64,000 nt of DNA from Desulfatiglandales bacterium. Lineage in GTDB: Bacteria > Desulfobacterota > DSM-4660 > Desulfatiglandales > Desulfatiglandaceae. Below, one piece after another: positions 34,726-44,454 of the stretch (position 1 is the stretch's first letter; the number at the start of each line of letters is the position of its first letter). Where the stretch lies: NCBI GenBank assembly GCA_963662465.1, contig OY759599.1, forward strand, positions 672,001-736,000, in the 5' to 3' direction. A program made the translations under genes and the position numbers. Below the pieces are notes generated by a model, which made no database searches, was not told where the DNA came from, and was given only the letters and a program-made list of their open reading frames with translations.

Positions 34726-35916
34726 ATGAACATCATCGCCATCATTGCCAACTTCAATTTTCAGGATCTTCTCGATATCCTGTTCCTCACTGTAGTGGCC
34801 TACCATCTCTTCATCTGGTTCCAGGGGACCAAGGCGTTCAAGGCCCTTATCGGGCTTCTGGTTTTAGGGGCCGTTTTTACAATCGCAAAGGCGGGGGGGT
34901 TGTTTCTGACCACTTGGGTGTTTCAATTTTTGTGGCAGATTCTGGTCATCCTGTTAGTGGTTCTTTTTCAATCGGAAATCCGGCAGGTGCTGGAAAAGGT
35001 GAACCCGCTTCAAAAACTGGGGTTTCGCAAACAGAAACAATCTGATGAATGGATTGCTGAATTCGTAAAGGGGGTTTTTCTCCTGGCAGGGGAAAAAACA
35101 GGCGCCCTCATCATTATTGAACGGGTTGAAAGGGTCCGGGAGTACATGACGGAAGGACAAAAGCTTGAAGCGGCGCCAAGCTCGGAGATTTTGAAAAGTA
35201 TTTTTCAGAAGGAATCCCCCCTTCATGATGGGGCCATTCTCATCAGTCAGGGTGAGATTATGGAAGTGGCCTGTTATCTCCCCCTCACACCCGCCGAAGG
35301 ACTGCCGAAAGAGTGGGGCACCCGCCACCGCGCCGCCATAGGCCTCTCCGAACGCTGTGACGCCTGGGTTGTGGTGGTTTCCGAGGAACGCGGGAAGGTC
35401 TCACTGGCAAGGAAAGGCCAAATGATTCATGTGGAGAACCCCCAGGCGCTTTACCAAATGATCCGGGAAGCCCTGGCCGCCTCAGCTCCCTTGAACAAGA
35501 CCTGGAAGGAAAGGATCCGTTATCTTCTGCTCAGCCGTTGGCGCACCAAATTAGCGACACTTTGCATCGTCAGCTTTTCCTGGTTAATTCTGGCCGGCCA
35601 GCAGGATTTTGAAGTGAAATTCCAGATTCCCGTCAAGACCAAAGGATTGCCTTCTCAAATGGAAATCCTGGAACCCTTAAACGCCAATATTCAGGTTACC
35701 CTCCGGGGGCTTCGCAGGGATGCCAGCATCCTGGATAAGGAAAAAGTGGTTGCTGAAGTTGATCTCTCCAGGGCCCGGCCGGGGAAGATGGACTTTGCCA
35801 TTACCCGGAATGAAATACGGCTGTCCGATGACCGGGTGAAACTGGTTAATGTTGATCCGTCAAGGCTTGTATTCGTATTCAAGAAACTTGAGAAACCTCA
35901 AAAACCTGAGCCATAA
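34726..35916 (+). CDS. Diadenylate cyclase (CdaA-type DisA_N) fused to a YbbR/CdaR-like domain
   Basis: Three N-terminal TMs, FQSEIR, SPLHDGA, GTRHRAAIG, VVSEERG; further TM then a YbbR-like beta domain. Confidence 0.9.
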   Translation: MNIIAIIANFNFQDLLDILFLTVVAYHLFIWFQGTKAFKALIGLLVLGAVFTIAKAGGLFLTTWVFQFLWQILVILLVVLFQSEIRQVLEKVNPLQKLGFRKQKQSDEWIAEFVKGVFLLAGEKTGALIIIERVERVREYMTEGQKLEAAPSSEILKSIFQKESPLHDGAILISQGEIMEVACYLPLTPAEGLPKEWGTRHRAAIGLSERCDAWVVVVSEERGKVSLARKGQMIHVENPQALYQMIREALAASAPLNKTWKERIRYLLLSRWRTKLATLCIVSFSWLILAGQQDFEVKFQIPVKTKGLPSQMEILEPLNANIQVTLRGLRRDASILDKEKVVAEVDLSRARPGKMDFAITRNEIRLSDDRVKLVNVDPSRLVFVFKKLEKPQKPEP

Positions 35917-35968
35917 AATGTTCGTTTCAAAACACATCTGCTGAAAGTCTTGTGCGAAACCGGGATTT

Positions 35969-36192
35969 CGGACATATAAACGGACATAAACAGCTCTCCA
36001 GCCCATTCTAGTTATGCTTTTATTGTATTATGTCAGTCTGTTATATAATAAACAAGAAACGGACATATATTCCTTGATTTTATCCGATTACCGCTTAAGT
36101 TAAAACGGACATAAAACTTGATCTTTTATGGTATATTCTCTGTTAACTTATCGAACTACAAATACTTTTAAACGGACATAAATCCGGACAAA
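35969..36192 (+). repeat. Dispersed direct repeats AAACGGACATA upstream of the Fic gene
   Basis: Exact copies at 35978, 36057, 36103, 36170; partial copies CGGACATA at 35969 and CGGACAAA at 36185. Confidence 0.9.
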
Positions 36193-36201
36193 TGGATCCG
36201 T

Positions 36202-37554
36202 ATGAAAAAATTTTTCAGAGTTCTCCCCCTTGACCGTATCGGCCCATTAAAAGATATGGCAATGGAGGTTATTAGGGCCGGTTCACGCCTTGAAGGAAGC
36301 CTTGCCCCGGAAACTGCAAAAGGAATCAGCCGAGAACTTCGGCTCCTGAACAGTTACCATTCCAATTTGATAGAAGGCCACAAAACGTATATCTCCGACA
36401 TAAAACGGGCTCTTCGTAAAGAATGGTCGGGTAATGACCAAAAACGATATGCACAGGAGTTGTGTTCGGCCCATGCGGTTGTGGAAGAAGAAATGATGTC
36501 CAAAGTCGATCAAACAGGGGGGAACATTTTCAATCCGGAGTTTCTTAGGTGGATTCATCAGTGTTTCTATATGCAGCTTCCGGCGGCCCATCGGTTCACC
36601 CATCATGGACATGATTTTACAGATATCCCGGTCCATCCGGGAAACTGGCGTGAGCTGGAGGTTTCGGTTCGGAGCGGCGATCAACTCGGACCGAAAGGGC
36701 GTGATGTGCCGCACTTTGTGAAAATTTTTACGGAACGGTACAATCCGGACAATTTTCACGGTGACGAACGCTTACTTGTGATTGCCAGCGGTCATCATCG
36801 ATTGGCCTGGTTGCACCCTTTCAGGGACGGAAATGGGCGGGTTATTCGTCTTTTTACATCTGCGTGTCTGGCGTCAATCGGTATAAACGCCTACGGTCTT
36901 TGGTCGCTTTCAAGGGGGTTATCCCGAAACAACAACGGATATATGATTCATCTGGAGGCAGCGGATACGTTCAAAGATGAGGACCATGCGGATTTTATGG
37001 AATTCTTTTTGGAAACATGCCTGGATCAGATCGGCTTTATGGAGAAATTGCTCGATGTTGAAAGGATGGGTCTGAGGATTCAAGGAAGAGTCGGACAACT
37101 TTCCATGCTCGGGGAAAAAGAGATCCGACCGGAAGCCGCCATTGTCCTTCGGGAGGCGTTTCGTTCCGGAACCGTACCCCGGGGGAAACTACCGGAAATG
37201 CTTCGTCTCTCGGATCGCCAGGCGCGTCGCATTGTATCCCCCCTGCTAAAGCGTGGACTGTTGATTTCTGATTCTCAAAAACAACCGTTGCGTTTCGGTT
37301 TTCCGGAAGACGCCATGCCGGACTATTTCCCGAATCTTTTTGCCCCGGAGATGATGAGTGAGTTGACGGATAAGACCTTGATTACTGAAGATGGAAGTTG
37401 TGTGGGAATGCTTTTCAGAAATGGTGAAAAAATGGCTGTTGCCGTAAACGGAGAGTTGAAAAATATTGGGCAATGGAAAGCCGAATACGAAAAATATGCT
37501 GGGAAACCAGCCCATGTCAACGTACACAACGGACAAATTGAAATCTTACCGTAA
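36202..37554 (+). CDS. Fic family protein (class II) with wHTH and extra C-terminal tail
   Basis: HPFRDGNGRVIR catalytic motif; N-terminal SNLIEG inhibitory-helix motif. Confidence 0.92.
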   Translation: MKKFFRVLPLDRIGPLKDMAMEVIRAGSRLEGSLAPETAKGISRELRLLNSYHSNLIEGHKTYISDIKRALRKEWSGNDQKRYAQELCSAHAVVEEEMMSKVDQTGGNIFNPEFLRWIHQCFYMQLPAAHRFTHHGHDFTDIPVHPGNWRELEVSVRSGDQLGPKGRDVPHFVKIFTERYNPDNFHGDERLLVIASGHHRLAWLHPFRDGNGRVIRLFTSACLASIGINAYGLWSLSRGLSRNNNGYMIHLEAADTFKDEDHADFMEFFLETCLDQIGFMEKLLDVERMGLRIQGRVGQLSMLGEKEIRPEAAIVLREAFRSGTVPRGKLPEMLRLSDRQARRIVSPLLKRGLLISDSQKQPLRFGFPEDAMPDYFPNLFAPEMMSELTDKTLITEDGSCVGMLFRNGEKMAVAVNGELKNIGQWKAEYEKYAGKPAHVNVHNGQIEILP

Positions 37555-37584
37555 GTCCAATCAATTGAAGCGGAGTGGAAGTGC

Positions 37585-38383
37585 GAGCTCTTCCCCGACC
37601 GTGAGACCCAGCTTACCCAGGTAATGATCTCTTTGCCCCTCAGTGTGTCGGACAAGAGTTCCCTTAAGGAACTTGAAGACTTTTTCGAAAAACATCACCT
37701 GTTTGGTGTTCCGGTTGTGGATGATGGACAACGGCTGGTCGGCGTGGTGCTGCCCAATGCCGTTGAGGAGGCAATCAATAAGCAGAAAACAAAAGCTTTT
37801 TTGCGGCTGAGCGGTATTATCGGCGGTGAGGAGTTCCGGACCATGCCCCTGTTATCCCGCTCCGGACGTCGTCTGTCCTGGCTGAGCTTAAATATTGTGC
37901 TCAATCTTATCGCAGCAAGCGTCATTGCCCTTTATCAGGACACCCTTGCCGCGGCGATTATCCTGGCGGTTTTTTTGCCCATGGTCAGCGACATGAGCGG
38001 CTGTTCAGGCAACCAGGCCGCGGCGGTTTCCATGCGTGAACTTGCCCTGGGACTGGTCCGACCCGGTGAACTGCTCTGGGTGCTGGCAAAGGAGGTCAAA
38101 ATCGGCATCATCAACGGCCTGGTGCTTGGGTTGCTGCTTGGAGGGGTCGCCTTTTTCTGGAAGGGAAATCCATGGCTCGGCATGGTGGTTGGCGGTGCGT
38201 TGGCTGCCAATACGCTGGTTTCCGTCACCCTCGGCGGCATGCTGCCCCTACTGCTCAAGCGGCTGAAGCTGGATCCGGCCCTGGTTTCCAGCCCACTGCT
38301 GACAACGGTCACGGACATGTGCGGCTTCTTTTTTGTTTTAAGTTTTGCGGCAGGCGGTTCTGCCAAAGCTCGGAGGCATGTAG
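37585..38383 (+). pseudogene. mgtE: Second MgtE copy, 5'-truncated, with a frameshift near the stop
   Basis: Starts within the CBS region and parallels 31458-32846; removing one G near 38353 restores SFAAAVLPKLGGM*. Confidence 0.85.
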
Positions 38384-38456
38384 CAAAGGACGCTGTCCGA
38401 AGGGAGAGGAATCTGATAAAAACCCATCTTACTCAATTTTCCCATCAAGCGTGAAC

Positions 38457-38639
38457 TCAGCCATTCGGCAGCGGTTTCCCGCCGGCCGTCACCCATTTTG
38501 GAATCATGACAATTGGGATATCCGTTTTTTCCATCGCCCCCGCGTTCAGCCATTCAGCGACGATTTCTCCATGGCTGACACCAAAAATAATTAGATTCAC
38601 GGACTCTTTTTCAGCGATGTCAATGATGACGGAAGCCAT
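38457..38639 (-). pseudogene. Universal stress protein C-terminal fragment
   Basis: IIDIAEKESVNLIIFGVSHG...TDIPIVMIP. Confidence 0.6.
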
Positions 38640-38657
38640 ATCTCCTCGCCGTAAAAT

Positions 38658-38693
38658 AGGGCGTTACATACCAGCCCAGGGCAACGCCCTGGG
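38658..38693. repeat. REP-like palindromic element
   Basis: AGGGCGTTACATACCAG followed by the palindrome CCCAGGGC-AAC-GCCCTGGG (38675-38693). Confidence 0.6.
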
Positions 38694-38714
38694 TGGTGGG
38701 TGATTAACAAAATG

Positions 38715-38914
38715 AGCCCCTCAATCAGTTCACGTATATCTTCACGGGAAAATTCGGGGACCTCACGACCTGCAAGGGGTGCATTGAGAGCATTTCGCGC
38801 ACGTTTTCTTAAACGCTCGACCCACCTATTGGCCGCTGTTGGGTTGTCGGTGGCAATATAGTGCCGGATAGCTTTCAGATCCTGCTTGGCGGTTTCGGTC
38901 CAAAAGAGTTTCAT
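38715..38914 (-). pseudogene. RelE/ParE family toxin, 3'-truncated
   Basis: WTETAKQDLKAIRHYIATDNP...GREVPEF..IRELIEG then loses similarity before the usual YRIxY strand. Confidence 0.75.
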
Positions 38915-39171
38915 AACTCTTTGTCCAAATCTTCATCTGGCAGAATTCGGCCTTTTTGAACATCTGTTAAACCCCTTTTTACGGCATCAACAAAACGGAC
39001 CTGTTCCGTAAGAAAATCAAAATCGACGGGAGCAATAAGGACAGCCGCGGCTTTTCCATTTTGAGTGATTACAAGGGGGCAATGTGTGTTCTGGATTTCA
39101 TGAAGCATTTTGGACGCTTTGTTTTTAAAAGCCGATAGGGAAATGATGTTTTGAGAATGTATCGGTTTCAT
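38911..39171 (-). CDS. Phd/YefM family antitoxin
   Basis: SLSAFKNKAS, PLVITQNGKAAAVL; overlaps the toxin start. Confidence 0.9.
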   Translation of the reverse strand: MKPIHSQNIISLSAFKNKASKMLHEIQNTHCPLVITQNGKAAAVLIAPVDFDFLTEQVRFVDAVKRGLTDVQKGRILPDEDLDKEL

Positions 39172-39334
39172 CTTTAATGCCTTCTTATTAATTTGAGTTC
39201 ATTTCGCCATCAAATATAGGCTGGAATTCGGATTTAATCAAGAACAGAATCTCTATCTTTCCAGTTTCTCATCCAGTCGCTCCATGGCTGCTACAAATGC
39301 CTGTCGGTTCTTTCGGGCTGATGCATGTCCCTGC

Positions 39335-39413
39335 GTAGGGGCAACCCCCCGTGGTTGCCCTGTTTGGGTGTTTACACCGCATCATCAGGGCAGGCACAGG
39401 GGCCTGTCCCTAC
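39335..39413. repeat. Inverted pair of GTAG-type REP sequences (REPIN/BIME-like)
   Basis: GTAGGGGCAACCCCCCGTGGTTGCCC (39335-39360) and GGGCAGGCACAGGGGCCTGTCCCTAC (39388-39413). Confidence 0.8.
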
Positions 39414-39560
39414 TCGTGAACGGTTACAATCTTTTTTACCAGTATTCAAATCGCTTTATGGTTGACTGAAAACAGATTTGAGGAGAGAATGAACGATTAA
39501 AAACATATCACGAACAAAACATCGCTATATCAGGAGTACACGCCATGATCCATAGCCCGA

Positions 39561-39576
39561 TGGCACACGCCTTGCT
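39561..39576 (+). promoter_or_regulatory. sigma54 (-24/-12) promoter
   Basis: TGGCAC-ACGCC-TTGCT, exact consensus spacing, intergenic. Confidence 0.8.
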
Positions 39577-39586
39577 TCTCTCTCTC

Positions 39587-39672
39587 TCTCTCTTATCTTT
39601 CAGTTTTAGAAAAAAATTATTCAAAAACATCTGAAAATACCCGGGTGCCCGTGAAGGCGCCGGGGCTTTTTT
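39587..39672 (+). ncRNA. Candidate sigma54-dependent small RNA or attenuating leader
   Basis: About 85 nt between the sigma54 promoter and a GC hairpin with U-tract; CU-rich 5' end; no ORF seen. Confidence 0.45.
39640..39672 (+). terminator. Rho-independent terminator
   Basis: CCCGGGTGCC-CGTGAA-GGCGCCGGG then CTTTTTT. Confidence 0.65.
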
Positions 39673-39778
39673 GTTCCGGTACGCTTTTTACCGGCGAGGC
39701 TGATGGAAGCAACCATAACCCCGGGAGCCCTGATCCCTTCTGTTTTTTCTCAACTCTTTAAATCGAAAGGCAGAGACC

Positions 39779-42712
39779 ATGCCGACCAAAAAGAAAAAAG
39801 CGCCGCCCGCGGGTGGAACCCCTTTGGAAAAGGTCAAACAAGAGAAAAAACCCGGAGATGCCGGCAGCTTCCCCATCGTGGGCATCGGCGCCTCAGCCGG
39901 TGGCCTGGAAACCCTCAATCTCTTCTTTTCCGCCATGCCCCCTGACGGCAACATGGCCTTCGTGGTCATCCAGCATCTGAGCCCCCAGCATAAAAGCATC
40001 ATGGTGTCGCTTTTGGAGAAGCACACCCGGATGAGGGTGATGGAGATTGAGGACGGCACAAAGCTCAAACCCAACCATGTCTATCTGAATCCCCCGGGCA
40101 AAAACGTGACCCTTTTTAACGGGTGTCTTCATCTGCTGGAACCGGTAAAAACCGGCACGATTAACCTGCCCATAGATTCCTTTTTTAAATCCCTTTCCGA
40201 AGACCAGGGTGAAAAGGCCATCGGCATCATTTTGTCGGGGACGGCATCGGATGGCACCATGGGGATTCGAGCCATCAAGGGCGGCGGCGGTATGGCCATG
40301 GTCCAGGAACCGGAAACCGCAAAATACGACGGCATGCCCAGAAGCGCCATTGGGACCGGCCTTGTGGATTTTATTGCGCCGGTGGAAGAGATGCCGGAAA
40401 TATTAATCCGTTATGTGAAGCACCCGTTCCTTGAGTCACTGGACAAAATCAAACGGAGAGAGCCCCCCGTCAAGAACCAGATGCAGAAAATTTTCGCACT
40501 GATCCGCGGCGCTACCGGTAACGATTTCTCCCATTACAAACAGAGCACCATTGCCCGTCGCATTGAACGCCGGCTGGTGGTGAATCAGATAGAGGGGTTG
40601 CCCGATTACGTCCGCTATCTCCAGAAAAATCCCGGCGAGATCGACGTGCTGTTCAAGAATCTCACCATCGGGGTGACGAGTTTTTTCAGGGACCCGGAAG
40701 CCTATGACCTGCTTGCGGGGCAGGTGCTGCCGGCGTTGTTGCAAAGGAAAGAGCCGAATACGACGATCCGGTTCTGGATTTCGGGTTGCTCCACCGGGGA
40801 AGAAGCCTACTCTATGGGCATGATTCTTTTGGAAGTAATGGATACCATCAAGAGGCAATTCGACGTTAAAATCTTTGCCACGGACATTGACGCGGCCGCA
40901 CTGGATGTTGCCCGCAAGGGGCTCTACCCGGAAAATATCGGGGCGGATGTCACCGGGGACCGGCTGAAACGGTTTTTCATCAAGGAACAGGGATTGTTAA
41001 AGGTCAACAAACAGCTTCGGGACATGATCGTTTTTTCCCTTCAAAACGTCATCAAAGATCCGCCCTTTTCCCGGGTGGACCTGGTGAGCTGTAGAAATCT
41101 GATGATCTATTTGGACAATGTCCTGCAGAAAAAGATCATCTCCCTGTTTCATTATACGCTGAACCCGGGCGGCATTCTCGTCCTGGGCACATCGGAAAGC
41201 ATCGGGGAACATCCCGATCTTTTTCAGCCCATCAACCGCAAATGGAAGATCTTTGAACGAAAGAAGGGCTTTGTGGAAACCATTCCCGCCTATCCCGCTG
41301 AAGCTGATTACCTCTCCTGCCAGAGAGTCCAGTCCCATGACAAAGACCATCTGCCGGAAGTCGTTACCATCCAGGCAATGGCTGAAAGGGCCATCCTCGA
41401 TGAATATGCCCCTGCCGGTGTTCTGGTCAATGATCAATATGAGATTCTGCATTTTGTGGGTAAAACGGAGAGATTCCTGATGCCGCCAACGGGCAAACCG
41501 GTATTTAACATCCTGAATATGGCACGGGAGGATCTCAAGCCACCGCTGGCCGCAACGCTTCGAAAATCAGTCCGGGAAAAAGCAAATGCGCTTACAAAGG
41601 GTGTCAGGGTCCGGTACAATGGCACGTCCTGTATCGTCGACCTGTCCGTTAAACTCATGAGCCCCGGCTTTATGCTCGTCATATTTGAGGATAAAACGCC
41701 GGCAGACGATAAAAAAGAGCCCGGCAAATTAGAGACAAAACAACAGGATACGGATCTGCAAAGTCTTGAACTGGAACTGCAATCCACCCGGGAATATCTT
41801 CAGGCGACCATCGAGGAAATGGAAACCACCAATGAGGAGCTCAAAAGCACCAATGAAGAGCTGCAATCGGTCAACGAGGAACTTCAAAGCACCAACGAGG
41901 AACTGGAGACCTCCAAGGAGGAGCTGCAATCCACCAATGAGGAGCTGGCCACGGTGAATGAGGAGCTTCAAAACAAGGTAGATGAATCTTCCAAGGCCAA
42001 TGACGATATGCACAATCTTCTGGCCGCAACGGAAATCGCCTCCCTGTTTTTGGATACGGACCTCCACATTAAACGCTTCACCCCCGCCGCGGCAAACATC
42101 ATCCGGTTGATTCATACGGACGTGGGCAGGTCCCTAAATGACCTTAAAACCTGCTTTCCGAATGTGGATCTGGTTGGCCTGGGAGAAAAGGTGCTGAAAG
42201 ACCTCAATACGGTGGAGATGGAAATCCTGTCAACGGATTTGACCTGGTATGCCTTGAAGATCCTGCCGTACCGGACCACCGGAAATGTCATCGACGGCGT
42301 GGTGATGACCTTTCTGGATATACACACCGTCAAGCAGGCGGATAAGGTCAGGCGCTTGGCCACTGTCCTGGAAGATGCCAATGACGCCATCACCGTGCTG
42401 GATAAGAAGGGCCGGATTCTGGCCTGGAACAAGGGGGCTCAAGAGCTGTATGGATGGACCGAGCCGGAGGCCCTGCAAATGAATTATGCCGATCTTTTTC
42501 CAAAGGATCGTGAAAATGATTTTCAAGACATTATCCATGAATTGACCAAAAACAAAACCATCAAATCCTTCAAGACCCGGCGCATGACAAAAGATGGCAG
42601 CATCCTGAACATCTGGATGACCGCCAGCGCCTTGACCGATGAAAACGGTCAGATGGTGGAGATAGCGATCACGGAACGGGATTTGGCGTGGCTGGTGGGA
42701 ATGGAGGATTGA
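39779..42712 (+). CDS. CheB-CheR fusion protein with coiled coil and PAS domains
   Basis: GIGASAGG, QHL, LSGTASDG (CheB); IGVTSFFRD, GCSTGEEAYS, SCRNLMIY (CheR); EELQSTNEEL repeats. Confidence 0.94.
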   Translation: MPTKKKKAPPAGGTPLEKVKQEKKPGDAGSFPIVGIGASAGGLETLNLFFSAMPPDGNMAFVVIQHLSPQHKSIMVSLLEKHTRMRVMEIEDGTKLKPNHVYLNPPGKNVTLFNGCLHLLEPVKTGTINLPIDSFFKSLSEDQGEKAIGIILSGTASDGTMGIRAIKGGGGMAMVQEPETAKYDGMPRSAIGTGLVDFIAPVEEMPEILIRYVKHPFLESLDKIKRREPPVKNQMQKIFALIRGATGNDFSHYKQSTIARRIERRLVVNQIEGLPDYVRYLQKNPGEIDVLFKNLTIGVTSFFRDPEAYDLLAGQVLPALLQRKEPNTTIRFWISGCSTGEEAYSMGMILLEVMDTIKRQFDVKIFATDIDAAALDVARKGLYPENIGADVTGDRLKRFFIKEQGLLKVNKQLRDMIVFSLQNVIKDPPFSRVDLVSCRNLMIYLDNVLQKKIISLFHYTLNPGGILVLGTSESIGEHPDLFQPINRKWKIFERKKGFVETIPAYPAEADYLSCQRVQSHDKDHLPEVVTIQAMAERAILDEYAPAGVLVNDQYEILHFVGKTERFLMPPTGKPVFNILNMAREDLKPPLAATLRKSVREKANALTKGVRVRYNGTSCIVDLSVKLMSPGFMLVIFEDKTPADDKKEPGKLETKQQDTDLQSLELELQSTREYLQATIEEMETTNEELKSTNEELQSVNEELQSTNEELETSKEELQSTNEELATVNEELQNKVDESSKANDDMHNLLAATEIASLFLDTDLHIKRFTPAAANIIRLIHTDVGRSLNDLKTCFPNVDLVGLGEKVLKDLNTVEMEILSTDLTWYALKILPYRTTGNVIDGVVMTFLDIHTVKQADKVRRLATVLEDANDAITVLDKKGRILAWNKGAQELYGWTEPEALQMNYADLFPKDRENDFQDIIHELTKNKTIKSFKTRRMTKDGSILNIWMTASALTDENGQMVEIAITERDLAWLVGMED

Positions 42713-42714
42713 GA

Positions 42715-44445
42715 GTGGAGAAAGAGAAAAACATGACGGACACCGAGGAACTCAGGCGACTTGCCGAAGCGACTTTGGAATTATCAGCCGATGAAGATGT
42801 GGATCTTTCTACGTTTTCCCCTGAAGAGATAAAAAGCCTGGTCCATGAGCTTCGCGTGCATCAGGTGGAACTGAACATGCAAAACGAAGAGCTAAGGCGG
42901 GTTCAGGGGGAACTGGAAGCCGCACGGGATCGGTATTCCCACCTCTATAACTTTGCACCCGTTGGCTATTTTACCCTCAGCGAAAAGGGGGTCGTTACGG
43001 AAGCGAACCTCACCGCCGCCACCCTGCTGGGAGTGGAACGGTCTTTTCTGATCGGCACGCCCTTTGGCAGTTTTATCCTGACTGAGGATGAAGACATTTT
43101 CTATCTGCACCGAAACCAACTCATGGATTCGAAAAAGCCTCAGTCCTGCCGGCTGCGGATGGTGAAAAAAGACAAGAGTGTTTTTTACGTCAATCTGGAA
43201 TGTATTGTGATTGAAGAAGGGGACGGCGCCCCCAGGCATATCCGGGTGGTGGTCATCGATATCACCGAACAGAAAGAGCTGGAAAATCAGCTTCGGCAAG
43301 CGCAGAAGATGGAGGCCATCGGCACCCTTGCGGGGGGCATCGCGCACGATTTCAATAATATCCTGGCGGCCGTGATCGGTTTTACCGAGCTTGCCATGGA
43401 TGAAGCGGAAAAAGGAACCCCCCTGGCGGAGGATCTGGAAGAAGTCCTGATCGGGGGCCAAAGGGCCAAACTCCTGGTCCAGCAGATCCTGTCTTTCAGC
43501 CGAAAGACTCCCGGGAAGGTGGCGCCATTATATGTGGGTGCTTTGGTTAAGGGGGTGCTCAAGCTATTGAGGTCAACCATCCCGGCGGATATTGAGATCA
43601 GCATAGAGATGCACTTGGAGGAGGACCCCTGTGTAATGGGGGATGAAGTGCAGATTCACCAGATTATCCTGAACCTGTGTACCAATGCCGCCCATGCCAT
43701 GGAAGCGAACGGGGGAAAGCTGACCCTCGGCGTAGACACCGTTACCCTCGGCGACGGCAAAACCGTGACCCTCGCAAATCTTCCCCCCGGAAAATACGTC
43801 AAACTCAGTGTCACCGACACCGGGTCCGGCATTTCCCCTGAAAATGTCGAACGGATCTTTGAACCCTATTTTTCCACCAAGGAATCGGGCCGGGGAACCG
43901 GCATGGGGCTTGCGGTTGTGACAGGGATTGTAAAGGCGCACAAAGGGCATATCCTGGTCATGTCCAAGCCCCAAAAGGGGACGACCTTTACGGTATTTCT
44001 GCCCCTCCATGAAAAATCGGTGGTCGCGCCCAACAGTACATCGGGGCAGGTGCTTCCCAGGGGGACGGAGCATATCTTTTTCATAGACGATGAATTGCCC
44101 ATTGTAAAACTGGGCAAAAAGACCCTTGAGAAACTGGGCTACCGGGTGACCACGAGTACCGGCAGCGCTCAGGCCCTGGAAACTTTTCGCATGGCGCCTG
44201 GGACTTTTGACCTGGTGGTTACCGACATGACCATGCCCATCATGACCGGCGACAGACTGGCCGCCGAGTTGATAAAGATCAGGCCCGACATCCCCGTGAT
44301 TATTTGTACGGGTTACAGCAAGAAAATGTCGAAAGAACTGGCGGCGAAAATGGGGATCAAAGCATTTGCTTACAAACCCCTTGATAAGGTGGAACTGGCC
44401 ATGATGGTTCGGAAGGTGCTGGATGGTGTTCGGAGTGGTGCGTAA
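42715..44445 (+). CDS. PAS hybrid sensor histidine kinase/response regulator
   Basis: [43 protein letters not shown] domain. Confidence 0.93.
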   Translation: MEKEKNMTDTEELRRLAEATLELSADEDVDLSTFSPEEIKSLVHELRVHQVELNMQNEELRRVQGELEAARDRYSHLYNFAPVGYFTLSEKGVVTEANLTAATLLGVERSFLIGTPFGSFILTEDEDIFYLHRNQLMDSKKPQSCRLRMVKKDKSVFYVNLECIVIEEGDGAPRHIRVVVIDITEQKELENQLRQAQKMEAIGTLAGGIAHDFNNILAAVIGFTELAMDEAEKGTPLAEDLEEVLIGGQRAKLLVQQILSFSRKTPGKVAPLYVGALVKGVLKLLRSTIPADIEISIEMHLEEDPCVMGDEVQIHQIILNLCTNAAHAMEANGGKLTLGVDTVTLGDGKTVTLANLPPGKYVKLSVTDTGSGISPENVERIFEPYFSTKESGRGTGMGLAVVTGIVKAHKGHILVMSKPQKGTTFTVFLPLHEKSVVAPNSTSGQVLPRGTEHIFFIDDELPIVKLGKKTLEKLGYRVTTSTGSAQALETFRMAPGTFDLVVTDMTMPIMTGDRLAAELIKIRPDIPVIICTGYSKKMSKELAAKMGIKAFAYKPLDKVELAMMVRKVLDGVRSGA

Positions 44446-44454
44446 AAGGGGAAA

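Noticed and set aside
35969..36192. CRISPR array or replication origin
   Set aside because: The repeat is only 11 bp with irregular spacing, and there is no cas or rep gene nearby; kept only as a binding-site array.
41800..41970. Tandem GAGGAGCT../ACCAA repeats
   Set aside because: They encode the well-known EELQSTNEEL coiled coil of CheB-CheR fusions.
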